64,000 nucleotides of DNA from Dictyostelium discoideum (lineage: Eukaryota): positions 3,296,001 to 3,360,000 of the forward strand of contig CM000155.2 in NCBI GenBank assembly GCA_000004695.1, written 5' to 3'. Below the pieces are notes generated by a model. That model was not told the DNA's origin. It ran no database searches and saw nothing but the letters and a program-made list of their open reading frames with translations. The translations under genes and the position numbers were made by a program. Of the stretch, positions 23,216 through 35,251 are shown piece after piece. Numbering within the stretch: position 1 is the stretch's first letter; each line of letters begins with the position of its first letter.

Positions 23216-23287
<72 letters not shown>

Positions 23288-23289
23288 GC

Positions 23290-23321
<32 letters not shown>

Positions 23322-24302
23322 GATCAACCACTACAACAACAACTACAACTACAACTACAACAACAACTACAACTACAACAACAACTACAACAACTACAAC
23401 TACGACTAAAAACACTACAATTACAACAACAACTACAACTACTACAACTACAACTACTACAACTACAACAACCACAACAACAACTACAACTACAACTACT
23501 ACAACTACAACAACTACAACAACAACTACAACTACAACTACAACTACTACAACAACAAAAAGCAAAAAAAGTTGATAAGGATTTGGAAATAATTGAGAAA
23601 TTTAAATCAGCAAATGAAAGTTCACTTTCAAAACAAGAAAAAACAGTAAAATTCTATCACAAAGGTACTCTTTACCAATATGGTTTTTCTCAAGAAACAT
23701 TTGATAAAACTATCGATGCCTCATTAAGTGAATTAATGATTAGCATAAATTGTAGATACATAGAGGTGATTGATAAAAATGAAAAAGGTAAAGGAAAAGT
23801 GATCCATGATTTAATTGGTCCAGCCGTATTCAATAATAAGGTAATTAATGACATAATCTTTGGTTTTTGTTACTACGATAAAGAGTTTCGAAATTGCCAA
23901 AAACATTGGTCATTAAGAATAATGGAGCATAGGACAAAATATCCAACAATTTTGAATATATCCATAACCATTTTACGTAACATCCAGGTTAGATGTAAAG
24001 ATATTTATGTAATTTTGGTAAATTTATTAATGGGTCATACTTTAGTCACTGGTTTGAAGTTATTTATTGATAAATTAGTCTCTTTTATCGATGGTCTCGG
24101 AAATAATAAAAAAGTAGAAATCTTTAAAATTGAAGATTTTGAAGAATTAATTCGATTATTCAAATTGGAGTATATGGATTATTCAATATCCATATATACA
24201 AGGGATTATTTTAAAGAATTAAAGAGATATATATATTTACTTCATCTCTTTTCAACCAATAAATTGTCAAATGAAAATGTGTTACCAATAACTCAAAACT
24301 AA
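23034..24302 (+). CDS. uncharacterised poly-Q protein, tandem family member A
   Basis: ATG at 23034 (the track start at 23049 is TTG). A (CAA)n run followed by a (CAACTA)n-type minisatellite encodes QQQ.../QLQLQ. The conserved C-terminal 230-aa domain is shared with copy B. A conserved upstream element cttaATGGGTAAGTTAA lies at 22747, but it is out of frame with the body in this copy. Confidence 0.6.
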
Positions 24303-25359
24303 ATAATAATATTCAACTTTACAAAATATATTAATAACATCACATCAAAATAGAATTGATTATCCTTGCTTTACCATCAACCCAATTTTAATGACTGTCC
24401 TCCCAAGCTTCAAACTATTGCTTGATATTATTTATATATAAACAATATTACAAACTTTTCTTATCAACTAATTTTAATTTATTAATCTTTTTTTTAAAAA
24501 AAAAAAAGAAAAAAGAAAAAAATTAAAAAATAATAAAAACTAAACCATATTTTTAAAATTTATAAAAAAAAATATATATATTTATTTATGTGTTCAGCAA
24601 GAATCTTTAAGTTCCTTTTTCCAAATTTATTTCTATCACAATTAAAAATTAAATCCAAAATAAAATAAAATAAAAATTAAAAAAAAAAAAAAAAATAAAA
24701 TCAACCATTTTCTTTTTTTTCTTTTCAATTGAACTTCAAAATTGCACAACAACAAGAATTTTTTAAAAAAAAAAAAAAAAAAAAATTTTAATTTAAAAAA
24801 ATATTTATAAAAGGAAAAAGCAAAAATAAAAAAAAAAAAAAAAAAATCACAAATAAAAACTAGAATCTACAATAATCACCACCACACTTCCCTTTTTAAT
24901 AAAAACAAAAAAAACAAAAAAAAAAAATGGAAAAAAAATATACATTTAAAAATAATTATTATTTTTAATTGTTTTCAAGATTTATAAATAAAACATCGGT
25001 TTTTTATATTTAAAGAAAAAAAATAAAAAAAAATAAAAATTAATTTAAGAAAAAAAAAAAAAATTTAAAATTAATTAAAAAAAAAAAAACTTTAATTTCA
25101 TCAATTTTATTTTTTAAAATAAAAATTTTTTTTTTTTTTTTGTTTTTGTGTTTTTTTTGAGAAATTTTTTTTTTTTTTTTTTTATTTTTAATTAGTTACC
25201 TTAGTTTATATTATTTATTTTTTCATATATTTTCTTTTTTTTTTTTTTTTCATATATTTTCTTTTTTTTTTTCATATATTTTCTTTTTTTTTTTTTTTCT
25301 AAACAAAAATCTTTGATATTATTTAATTATTTTTATAAACTGTATTTATCTTTATCTTA

Positions 25360-26131
25360 ATGGGTAAGTTAATCAATATAGTAAAATACTCACCACGTTT
25401 TTCATTTTTTTAAAAAAAAAATCTAAAAATTTTATAAGATCATAATAACATTGTTGATATCCTTACCAAAATGAGTAATTTTGTAAAAAAGAAAAAAAAA
25501 AATAAAATAATAAAAATAATAAATAATAAAAAAATAAAATTAAGTTCATAAATGCATTCATCACCTCCCGTTTATAAAAAAATAAAAAATAAAAAAAAAA
25601 AAAAAAATTTATCCAAATTTTTTATTTTATTTTATTTTACTTTATTTTTGAAGACCAAACATATTAATTGTTTGAAAATCTAAAAATAAATATGGTATTT
25701 TATTTATTTTTTATTTTTACAATTTTTTTTTTTTTTTTTCTAATTTTTTTTTTTTTTTAAATAACATCGACGAGGATTTAAAAATTATAAAGAAAATAAA
25801 ACCATATAAATAAACGGTGAAAGCAATGTTTAATTAATTTAATTTTTATTTTCTTTTTTTTTTTTCTACAAATTTAATAAAGATAAACAAGACCATGATA
25901 AAAGTGAGGGGTGGAAAGTCATCAACAATGCACCTAATTTGGTGAAAGTTTTAAATTCCTATGGTCACAATTCTTGTGCTCAATCATCAGGTCAAAAAAG
26001 AGAAATTCCAGTTTCATCATCAGATGAGCAGTATAATTTTCCAACTAAAGAAGAATTTCTTATCAATTTAATACAACAACATCCCCAACAACAAGAACAA
26101 CCTCATCAACAACAACAAGAACAACCTCATC

Positions 26132-26190
<59 letters not shown>

Positions 26191-26940
26191 ATAGAAAAAG
26201 TTGATAGGGATTTGGCAATAATTAAGGAAATTGAATCAGCAAATGAAAGCTCACTTTTAAAACTAGAAAAAAAAACAGTAGCAATCTATTTCAAAACCTC
26301 TATTTACAAATTTGAATTTTCTCATGAAACATTAGATAAAACTATTAATGTCTTATTAGGAGAATTAATGGTTAGCAGAAATTGTAAATATATAGAGGTG
26401 ATTGACAAAAATGAAAAAGAAAAGAGAAATGTGATCCATGATTTAATTGGTCCTGCCGTATTCAAGAATATGGTAATTAGAGAGATCATTTTAAGATTTT
26501 ATTTTCATAAAAGAGAGTTAGAAATTTGTGAACAAGATTGGTCATCAAGTATAGTACTATATAAAACAATGAATGAACATAAAACAATTTTGGATATTTT
26601 AATACAGATTTTACATAACATCCAGCTTAGATGTGAAGTTATTTATGAAGGTTTACAGGTCGATCATCCTTTAGCCCTTGGCTTAGGCTCATTCATAGAA
26701 AAATTAAATCCATATATCAATGGCCTCAGAAATAATAATGAAGAAGTGGAAATCTTTAATTCTAATGATTTTAAAGAATTAATTGAATCATTCAAATTCG
26801 AGTATATAAATTTATCAAAATCTGAAAATTCATGTGCTAAACAATTAATGATGGATTATTTTAAAGAGTCAAAGAGATATTTATTTTTATTTTATTTCTT
26901 TACAATCAATAAAGATCAAATCAAAATGAGTTATCAATAA
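25360..26940 (+). CDS. uncharacterised poly-Q protein, tandem family member B, with 4-nt first exon
   Basis: Model: join(25360..25363, 25883..26940). The first exon is ATG-G, followed by GTAAGT at 25364. The acceptor is ttaataaag| at 25882. The resulting in-frame N-terminus is MDKQDHDKSEGWKVINNAPNLVKVL. There is no other in-frame ATG before residue about 150. The upstream 150 bp is conserved with copy A. Confidence 0.55.
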
Positions 26941-27134
26941 CTCAAAACCTAATAACAATTAATATTATAAAAAAAAAATAATAAAACTCAACTTTACAAA
27001 ATAAAATAATACCTTTTATAAAAAATTAAATAAAAATAAAATAAATAAAAAAAAAAAAATAAAATAAAATAAAATAAAATAAAATAAAATAAAATAAAAG
27101 ATAATTAATAATTTCATTAAGATAATTTTATTTA

Positions 27135-27355
27135 AATATATAAAAAACTATTAATATAATATTATTCTAAAAACCTCAAAATTATTTATTTATTTTATTT
27201 AAAATGAAAAACAAAATAGTTGGTGGTTGTGTGTAAGAAATAATTAAATTGAGCTGCACAAAACAAAATAATAATTTTGAGGTTTTTAGTATAATAGTTA
27301 CAAAAAATTTCTTGATTATAATATTATATTAATAGTTTTTTATATATTTAAATAA
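27135..27355. repeat. MITE-like long inverted repeat (about 50-75 bp arms around a 90-bp core)
   Basis: Left arm 27137-27184 (aaatatataaaaaactattaatataatattattctaaaaacctcaaaattatt) is the reverse complement of right-arm segments 27275-27355 (aataattttgaggtttttag ... ataatattatattaatagttttttatatattt). The right arm carries a 28-bp insertion. Confidence 0.55.
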
Positions 27356-27760
27356 AATTATCAAGTGTCGAGGTATTTCCTTATGTTATCCCACAAAATT
27401 AATAAATAAAATAAAAGAAGTGTGATTGACCAAAATAATAAAAAAAAAGGCTATAGCACAAAAAATAAAAAAGGCTTTAGCACAAAAAAAAAAAAAAAAA
27501 AAAAAAAAAAACCCCTTTTCACCAGTTAAAAATAATTATTTTTTTTTTTTTTTTTTTTTTTAATTTTTTGATCGGAAATTAAAAATAATCAATTTCACTT
27601 TTTTTTTTAATTTCTCCCCTATTATTTTTTTTTTTTAATATTTTTTTTTTTATTTTTTTTTTTTTCAACACAAAACACCTACAAAGAATCTTTATTATTA
27701 TATACCTATTTTTATTATATTTTTTTTTTTTTATTTTAAGCGATACACTATAAAAATATT

Positions 27761-27804
<44 letters not shown>

Positions 27805-27857
27805 ACTATTTAACCATTTGTAAGATTTGTAAGTTTACAATATATATATATTATTTT

Positions 27858-28895
27858 ATGACCATTAATGTACTAACTAACAATCTATTAGCAAATCACA
27901 ACATAGATAAACTCAAAGCAATGTCAACCGATAATTTTGAAAAAATTAAAGGTAGACCAACCCAAAAAGAGGAGTGGCAATTAAAAGAATGGGAAAAGGA
28001 AAAAGATGAAAATAATAGACTTTTTCAAGAACAAAAACAAAAAACAACAAACAGAAAAGGTTGATTTGAATGGTGATTAGATCTAATTAATGAAATTATA
28101 GAAAGTGCAACTTCATTAACTCCAGCAACATTTGATAAAAAAGAAAAAGATAAGAGAAATATCGTCCGTATCTCACTCGGATCCATATTCAAAAGTAAGG
28201 TAATACTGAATAATATAAACAAGTTTTATAATAATCATAATTATGTAATATCTGGATAAAAATGCCAAACTTGTTTTATACATTATTCTATCAGGATATT
28301 CATTTACTGTTTTGTACATCTTTGACCAATATTGCTTGCAAATTTCAAATTCCTCATTATAACATCCAACTAAGGTGCCATGAGATTCACGCAAGCACAG
28401 AACATAATTTAGGGAAGAATCATCCTATAGTCTCAGGTTTTGATGCATTCATAGTTAAATTGGATTACTTTATAAATTGTCTCGCAAATGATAATTATGG
28501 AAAAGTTGAAATCTTTAGATTTGAAGATTATGAAGAATTGATTCAATCATTCAAATCTGGGTATATGGATTTATCTGGTAATTCAGAAAACGAGCAATTG
28601 ATGCATCACTTCAAAGAATCAAAGATACATATTCTTAGTCCATTTTATTTCAATGAACAAGGATCAAATCAAAATGAACCCAATTCCACTCAATCCACAA
28701 TCACCATCAGCATCACCACCAATCGGAGTAGAAACAGTGAAACTATTAGAAAATAATAAAATTTTTATTATTAATGGGAATCAAATAGATTTTGGTATTG
28801 ATGATTATGAAACAAATTTAAATTACACTAAATGCATTTACCAACAACCCTCAATACCATTGATAATCCTTGACCTGGATATCAACAAAATTTAA
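27858..28895 (+). pseudogene. degenerate third member (C) of the tandem poly-Q family
   Basis: Three frame-shifted ORF pieces (27858..28064, 28262..28756, 28653..28895) align to the conserved C-terminal domain of A and B: IQLRC...HP...G...F..KL...IN.L.N.....VEIF...D..ELI.SFK..Y.....S. Confidence 0.55.
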
Positions 28896-29551
28896 TTGCT
28901 ATCTGTTTCTCCATAAGTTTCCACAACAATTGACCATTCTTTCATATCAAATGATTTAACAATTCCAACTTCCAACTGTTGGCTGATAATAAAGAAAAAA
29001 AAAAAAAGAAACATGTCCAATTTGTAATATTAAAATATTAAAGTACCGAAAGGTTTTAGAAAAAAAAAAAAAAAAAAATTTGTATTACTACTACCTTTTT
29101 TAATAAAAGTTTATTTAGTTTTAAATTGTGAATTTTAATTTTATTTTATTTTATCTAAAAAAATTTAATTATTTAATTTTATTTTTTTATTATTTAATTA
29201 TTTTTAATAAGGAGGCCAACCATTTTTTTATATTGATCAATCAGTGTTTATTCATTAAAGGAAATAAACAATAGTTAATTTTTTATTTGTAAATTTTAAT
29301 TTTAAAATTAAAAAGATGTAAAGTAATTTTTTCTTTTTTAATTTATATAACTAAAGAATTTAATATTTTGAAATATAGTTGACAAAACTCGTATCACCTG
29401 GCTGTGAATTTTTCAATGTCATGATTCATCTCAAGGTTATTAATATTTTTATGGTATAGTATGATAATTAACACCACTTTTGCACCTTTATCAATTTTAA
29501 TTATGGTCTTTAACGAACCATTATCATCAAACAATCATTGAAAACATCAAT

Positions 29552-29633
29552 GACATCGTAGCGAAGTGGTCTAACGCGTTTGACTTGAAATCAAATCTCC
29601 TAGGAGGCGCAGGTTCGAACCCTGCCGATGTCG
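29552..29633 (+). tRNA. tRNA-Ser(UGA)
   Basis: Acceptor GACATCG/CGATGTC, discriminator G. Anticodon stem TTTGA/TCAAA with loop CTTGAAA (anticodon TGA). Long variable arm TCTCCTAGGAGGCG. T-arm CAGGG-TTCGAAC-CCTGC. Confidence 0.8.
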
Positions 29634-30080
29634 ACAATTTTAATGTTAATATTAATTAGATACCCGCTTTTTTTTGGCATCTTTATTTCTAACGACTAAA
29701 AAGACATTTCTCTTGGCATTTTGATAATAAAAAGCCTACAGTTGATCAAACGGATACTAGATACAGAAAAACATATCCATCATCAATCTAACATCAACTA
29801 CATCTATCTACTCTACACACTAATTCCTTCAATCCTTGGATTGGGAATAAGAATAGATCTGAATAAACGAGAAAGAAAAAAAAAAAAAAAAAAAATAAAA
29901 ATAAAAATCAAAAATATTTTTATATAAACACATAATTAAAAAAAAAATAATAAAAATAATATAAAAAAAAAAAAAAAAAAAAAAAAATGAATTTTTTCGA
30001 TAAACTTAAAGGTGAACTCAACTTAGGCGAAGAAGTTAAATAAAAAAACTATTCAAATAAGGTTATTCTACCCAAATACC

Positions 30081-30857
30081 TTGGAATTAAATAGTAATTC
30101 AACAAAATTAATAGATAATTTCATAGTTAATGGTACTCTTAACATTGTCAGAAGACAAAAGGGTATAACAGTATTCGGTAGAATACTAAAAGAAAAATTC
30201 ACATTATTACACGAGTGTTACAGCACTTTCAAGTATGAAGATTTCCCACTGCAAAAATTCATACTTTACACCCCAGGATATCACTATGTCCACTTTTACA
30301 CATTTACAAAAAACATAATAAAAAAAATAAACAATCAAATGGTAAAAGAAAACTGGGGATTGGAGCCATTACTAATAGATGAATGCAACATAGTAATGCT
30401 ACCAGATGTGATTAGATATTCATGCATACTATTATTTAATAAAGAAGATGATATCTCAATCATTAAAACAAACATTGATGCTATAAAAGGTAGTAAGCAT
30501 CCAATAAGAGCCTTCATCTCTGAATATAACAATAAAGAAATAAGAGATGTTAGAAAAAAAAAAAACACAAGTAATAAAAACCAACAACCAACAACTACAA
30601 ATACAACTAAATCAATACCATCAACTCCACCAACAACTAATGCATCAACAACCACACCAATAACAACCACACCAATAACAACCACACAAACAACAACCAC
30701 ACCAACAACAACCACACATCAATTACCAACAAGCAATACAACAATCTACAACCTAAACAAAACTACTACTACTACTACTACTACTACAAAACCTATCAAT
30801 AAAATTACTACAAGCAATGGTACCAAGTTTCCAATTGCCAGTAGTATTAGAAAATAA
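30081..30857 (+). CDS. retrotransposon ORF1 (Thr/Pro-rich C-terminus)
   Basis: 258 aa. Positioned immediately upstream of ORF2 and overlapping it at 30857. Confidence 0.65.
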   Translation: MELNSNSTKLIDNFIVNGTLNIVRRQKGITVFGRILKEKFTLLHECYSTFKYEDFPLQKFILYTPGYHYVHFYTFTKNIIKKINNQMVKENWGLEPLLIDECNIVMLPDVIRYSCILLFNKEDDISIIKTNIDAIKGSKHPIRAFISEYNNKEIRDVRKKKNTSNKNQQPTTTNTTKSIPSTPPTTNASTTTPITTTPITTTQTTTTPTTTTHQLPTSNTTIYNLNKTTTTTTTTTKPINKITTSNGTKFPIASSIRK

Positions 30858-33800
30858 TGGAACAATTAAAATTATTACTATGGAACTGCAGAGGTAATCA
30901 ATCAACCAACGCTAAGAATAAAACAGAAGAAACGATAAAAAGAATTGGCACTCAATTAGCACTCCTAACTGAAACTAATTTCAATGGATTCAACCACCAC
31001 AAAACAATGTTCAACTTTGAAAGAATAGATCATGGTTCAGGTAAAGGAACTGGCATAGCAATAGAAAATAGAGATACAAGAAAAGGCCACATATCAATAA
31101 ACTTCAAAGACGATGATGGTAGAATACTATCAATTAAATACAATTCCTTTAATTCTATCAACATATTATTGATCTATGCTCCAGCGACTATATCTGAAAG
31201 AAACACCTTCATAATCAACTCAAAATCACTGTTTAAAAAATATAATTCAATCAACCATCAAATAATAGCAGGCGACTTCAATAACAACCACGATTGCAAC
31301 AGCTTCTTCGGTACTGAATTACGTAAAATAATAGACCAAGACATGCTACTAGATACTGGTATTGAAGAAAACACTCCAACATTTCCAAGATCAATGAAGA
31401 GACTAGATAGAATCTACTGTCATCCAACACTACTAAACCAAAATTCAAAACTGGTAGTCCACAACACAGTATTTAACAAATCAGATCACTTTCCCATCAC
31501 AATCACAATACAAACCAACAGAGAAACAACAACAACAACAACAACCAAACTAGAAAGACTCCCTTGGACATTATGTAAAGAAATTCTCAACAACAAACAT
31601 ATACATGATGGGTTATCAGAATTAATCAGTAAGAACAAAGATAAGATCAAATCAGTGGAGGAATGGACGAAATTTAAAAATAATGTCATCAGAGATTATT
31701 TAAAAAAAGAACAAAACAAAATAAAGAAAGAAAAGAACAAAAGAAAATACGTAATCCACAAATTACTTGGAAATAGTGATATCATTCCAAAGATGAGAAA
31801 AGAACTCAATGAAGAAATAAGTAGAATATTAGAAGAAGAAAGAAAGGTAAAAGCATGGGATATCAAATTAAAACTCCACCTGCATCAAGAAACACCAAGC
31901 AAATACCTCACAAGTATCCTTAAATCCAGAGCCAAAGATAAATCAATATTCCAAATAAAAGATAAAGATAATAAGACCATATCAGATAAAGAGAACATAG
32001 CAAAAAGATTTGTTGAATTCTATCAAGATCAATATGAAGAGAAAGAAGATAACGAAGAAACCCACAAGAAGTTATTAGAAAAATGGGAAGTAGACGTTGA
32101 TTTAATCAAGAAACTCGAGATAGACAGACCGATAAGAATACATGAAGTGACCAAAGCAATCAAAACTTCAAGTATCCACAAATCTCCAGGTTTAGACGGT
32201 ATCAATGCACTATTCTACAAGTACCACATCAACTCAATAGCAAGAATATTGACTATAGCTTTCAACGACCTCCTCACAAATAAGAAAGAAATCCCCACAA
32301 AATTCAAAGAAGGAGTAATAACAACAATATTCAAAAAAGGAGATGAACTAAACATTTCAAATAGAAGACCAATCACCCTTCTCAATACAGATTACAAAAT
32401 TTTAAGCAAAATTCTCAACAGTAGATTATTAGATATCACCAGTAAAATTATCAACAAATTTCAAAACGGCTTTGTTCCAAACAGGTTCATCCAAGACAAT
32501 ATTCAGATCATGAAGGAAGTAATAGAAATAAGTAACAAAAGAAAGAACAATACACTCATTACCTTTTACGATTTTAACAAAGCATTCGATTCAATCAGCC
32601 ACAAGAGTATCACAAGAACATTAGAGCATATTGGTATCCCCCCAAAATTCACAGCGATCCTACTAAACCTACTCAAAGATACTAAAAACAAAATAAAGAT
32701 CAACGACTTTTTAGTCAATGGAATAACAATCAGAAGAGGAACAAAACAAGGAGACCCAATATCACCAACAATCTTTGCTCTAGTTTTAGAACCACTTCTA
32801 ATAGATATCATCAATGATAATACAATCAAAGGCTTCACTCTACCAAATTCCAAATCATTAAAACTCACTGCATTTGCTGACGACATAGCAACATTTACAA
32901 ACTCCACNGAAGAACTAATGAAAATTAATACTAAAATCCAAAAGTACTGCTCAGCAACATCATCATCGTTAAACAAAGAGAAAACAGTAATGATAGCAAT
33001 AGGAGATAAACCACACGATCTACCATTCCAAGAGAGTACAGTCCCAGAAAGATATCTTGGCCTCAATTTCACCAAAACAGGTTTAAATTCAAAATACAAC
33101 ACTTTAATCCAAGAAATGAAAAACAATCTAATCAAATGGAAATCACAAGCAATAACGATGAAGGCAAAGATGACAATTCTCAAAACATACGTTCTATCCA
33201 AATTAACATACCATCAATACATGGATAATCTAAATGAAGAACAAATTGAGGAAATCAATAACATGACCAGATGGTTCTTATTCTCCTCAGTTAAGAATAC
33301 ATATACAGAAGAGAGAAAATACAAAACTATGATGAAAATAGACAGAGCATATGCAGATTGGAAAGAAGGAGGCATAAAATTATGGGATATAGAACTAAGA
33401 CATATAGCATTCAAAATCTGGTACATGAACAGGCTACTCCATAACAACTACAACAACAACAACAATACCTTACAAGAATGGTACATGGAGCAATTAAGTA
33501 GAAAAAAAGCCCACACTTCAACCCTCAACGATATGTGCAGACACTGGGGTGTATTCAGAGTCAAATTTTACCAAAACCATCCAAAGATAAATGAACTTCC
33601 AGACTGTATAAGAAACGACAATGACGAACCACTAAAACTAAAAGAAATTTACGAACTCATGATCAAAGACAGACACCCAACACCAAGAAGAACAGAATGG
33701 CAGAAGTTATGGGCGGTGAGATACAACACAGCAATACCCAAAGTATTCATAAACATCAACAGCATTTCTCACCAAAAAGGTAGAAACACCCTCTTCAGAT

Positions 33801-34177
33801 TCTTCTCAAGATCACTTCCAGGTATCAACCACGAAAGAGACACCAGATGCAAGATCTGTGGCCACCTATTCAGAGACCCTTATTCTCACCTCTTCACTCT
33901 ATGCCAAGATATCCTAGATATTGAAAAAACCATCATATCAACAGTAAACAAATTATCATTCATCAAAATCCACAGATGGTCAATGGATACCTTAGACATA
34001 TCAAAATACAACAGAACTGAGAGAATCTTCCCCAATCTCATAGGAATAATAGCACACCAAAAGAGGAATTTGAGAGGAAATATTAAGGAAATGGAGGAAA
34101 TTAAAATTTTTCCTCTTATTCCTTCGTTTCCACGAATTCCTCTAAAAATTTCTTATAATGTACGGATAACCTTGTAG
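30857..34177 (+). CDS. retrotransposon ORF2: apurinic-type endonuclease plus reverse transcriptase plus C-terminal CCHC-like domain
   Basis: N-terminal LLLWNCRGN...ALLTETN (APE-type endonuclease). RT motifs include FADDIATFT (FADD). C-terminal CKICGHLF...HLFTLC. 1106 aa. One ambiguous base (n at 32908) gives X in the translation. Confidence 0.85.
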   Translation: MEQLKLLLWNCRGNQSTNAKNKTEETIKRIGTQLALLTETNFNGFNHHKTMFNFERIDHGSGKGTGIAIENRDTRKGHISINFKDDDGRILSIKYNSFNSINILLIYAPATISERNTFIINSKSLFKKYNSINHQIIAGDFNNNHDCNSFFGTELRKIIDQDMLLDTGIEENTPTFPRSMKRLDRIYCHPTLLNQNSKLVVHNTVFNKSDHFPITITIQTNRETTTTTTTKLERLPWTLCKEILNNKHIHDGLSELISKNKDKIKSVEEWTKFKNNVIRDYLKKEQNKIKKEKNKRKYVIHKLLGNSDIIPKMRKELNEEISRILEEERKVKAWDIKLKLHLHQETPSKYLTSILKSRAKDKSIFQIKDKDNKTISDKENIAKRFVEFYQDQYEEKEDNEETHKKLLEKWEVDVDLIKKLEIDRPIRIHEVTKAIKTSSIHKSPGLDGINALFYKYHINSIARILTIAFNDLLTNKKEIPTKFKEGVITTIFKKGDELNISNRRPITLLNTDYKILSKILNSRLLDITSKIINKFQNGFVPNRFIQDNIQIMKEVIEISNKRKNNTLITFYDFNKAFDSISHKSITRTLEHIGIPPKFTAILLNLLKDTKNKIKINDFLVNGITIRRGTKQGDPISPTIFALVLEPLLIDIINDNTIKGFTLPNSKSLKLTAFADDIATFTNSXEELMKINTKIQKYCSATSSSLNKEKTVMIAIGDKPHDLPFQESTVPERYLGLNFTKTGLNSKYNTLIQEMKNNLIKWKSQAITMKAKMTILKTYVLSKLTYHQYMDNLNEEQIEEINNMTRWFLFSSVKNTYTEERKYKTMMKIDRAYADWKEGGIKLWDIELRHIAFKIWYMNRLLHNNYNNNNNTLQEWYMEQLSRKKAHTSTLNDMCRHWGVFRVKFYQNHPKINELPDCIRNDNDEPLKLKEIYELMIKDRHPTPRRTEWQKLWAVRYNTAIPKVFININSISHQKGRNTLFRFFSRSLPGINHERDTRCKICGHLFRDPYSHLFTLCQDILDIEKTIISTVNKLSFIKIHRWSMDTLDISKYNRTERIFPNLIGIIAHQKRNLRGNIKEMEEIKIFPLIPSFPRIPLKISYNVRITL

Positions 34178-34883
34178 ATTTTTCCAAAAAAAAATTAATT
34201 ATAAATTCTCATTTTTTAAAACATAAAACTATAATTTAATAAAACAAATTAATTAATAATAAATAAAATATCACATATTTTTAAAAATCATTATAAATGA
34301 CAAAAAATATTCGGCATATTATTTTTAACATAGCGGTTTTGCTCGTTGGCAGTGGGTGTACAATAAATATATAATAAAAAAAATAAGAATTTTTATTTTT
34401 ATTAAATAAATTATTCCTTATTTAATTTTTTGCAATATAATTATGTATTTTTAAATACTATAATTAGATTGTTATAAAATTATGTATCCTGTTACATTAC
34501 GTTCCGAATACTTCGATTGTTACTAAATCGTGTTTACTCAAAAATATTAAATTAGATTTTTCTCACCCAGGTGGTGAATTTTTAATGACGGTTAGAAAAA
34601 GTGTAAAACTAAATAAAAAGAAAACAATAATTTTTTAAAACACAACAATAAATATATAGATTATTAATTACTATTTATATATTTATTATTTTCTTTTTTT
34701 TCTCATTTTTTTTTTGACTAATATAATTTTAAAATAAACAAATAGTATTTTTTCATAATTAAATAATTTTTAAAAAAATCTAGATAAATATGTTATTTTA
34801 TTATAATTAAAAAATTTTTGGGGTTATTTTTTATTTTTTTTTTTTGATTATTTGTATAAATAAAAAATATAAAGTGTTTGTGC

Positions 34884-35251
34884 GTTGTAGTTTTAAGATA
34901 AATATTTAATCTTAATTCATCAAGTAATGATTGAAGGTGGTCCTCTTTATTTATTTCTAATAAAGCATGAACATCTATAAGTTCCGAAGTTTGACTTTTT
35001 GGTTTATCTACATGCTGAGGTTGACAATCCTTAAGGTGAGCACCTTGTGCTAGAGGACCAGATTGATGATCATGATGTGGATTGGATATTACTTGAGACG
35101 GTAAACTGTCTGTCTCCCATTCATTGTTTTTGTCTTTATCTATTTTTTAAAAAAATAAAAAATTAGTATCAATAATTATTGATTTAATAATTAATAAAGT
35201 GGTTAGTTTAAACTACTTACCAGACATTCAAAATAATTATGAATAATTTTA
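34884..35251 (-). pseudogene. truncated 5' duplicate of the gene at 36058..36876
   Basis: A micro-exon ATGTCTG plus GTAAGT lies at 35251..35245. The acceptor ttttaaaaaatag| is at about 35150. The exon encodes DKDKNNEWETDSLPSQVISNPHHDHQSGPLAQGAHL...ELIDVHALLEINKEDHLQSLLDELRLNI. This parallels the parent (TDRLPTQAITRPHYDHQSGPQAQTHD...EPIDFDGLGIPIEETQQLLNEMRSNLSL) with about 75% nucleotide identity over the core. The frame then runs into AT-rich sequence flanking the TRE 3' end. Confidence 0.55.

Larger units (their letters stand above)
29700..34620 (+). mobile_element. full-length tRNA-targeted non-LTR retrotransposon (TRE-like), 5' end about 70-90 bp downstream of tRNA-Ser
   Basis: 5' UTR at about 29700-30080. 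ORF1 overlaps ORF2 by 1 nt. The 3' UTR contains the module also seen at 20100-20240. The element's 5' end faces the tRNA 3' end, as for element 1. Confidence 0.8.

Noticed and set aside
30335-30715. Antisense ORF (126 aa, poly-V/G) inside retrotransposon ORF1
   Set aside because: It is the mirror image of the Thr/Pro-rich ACA/ACC repeat of ORF1 and therefore an artefact.
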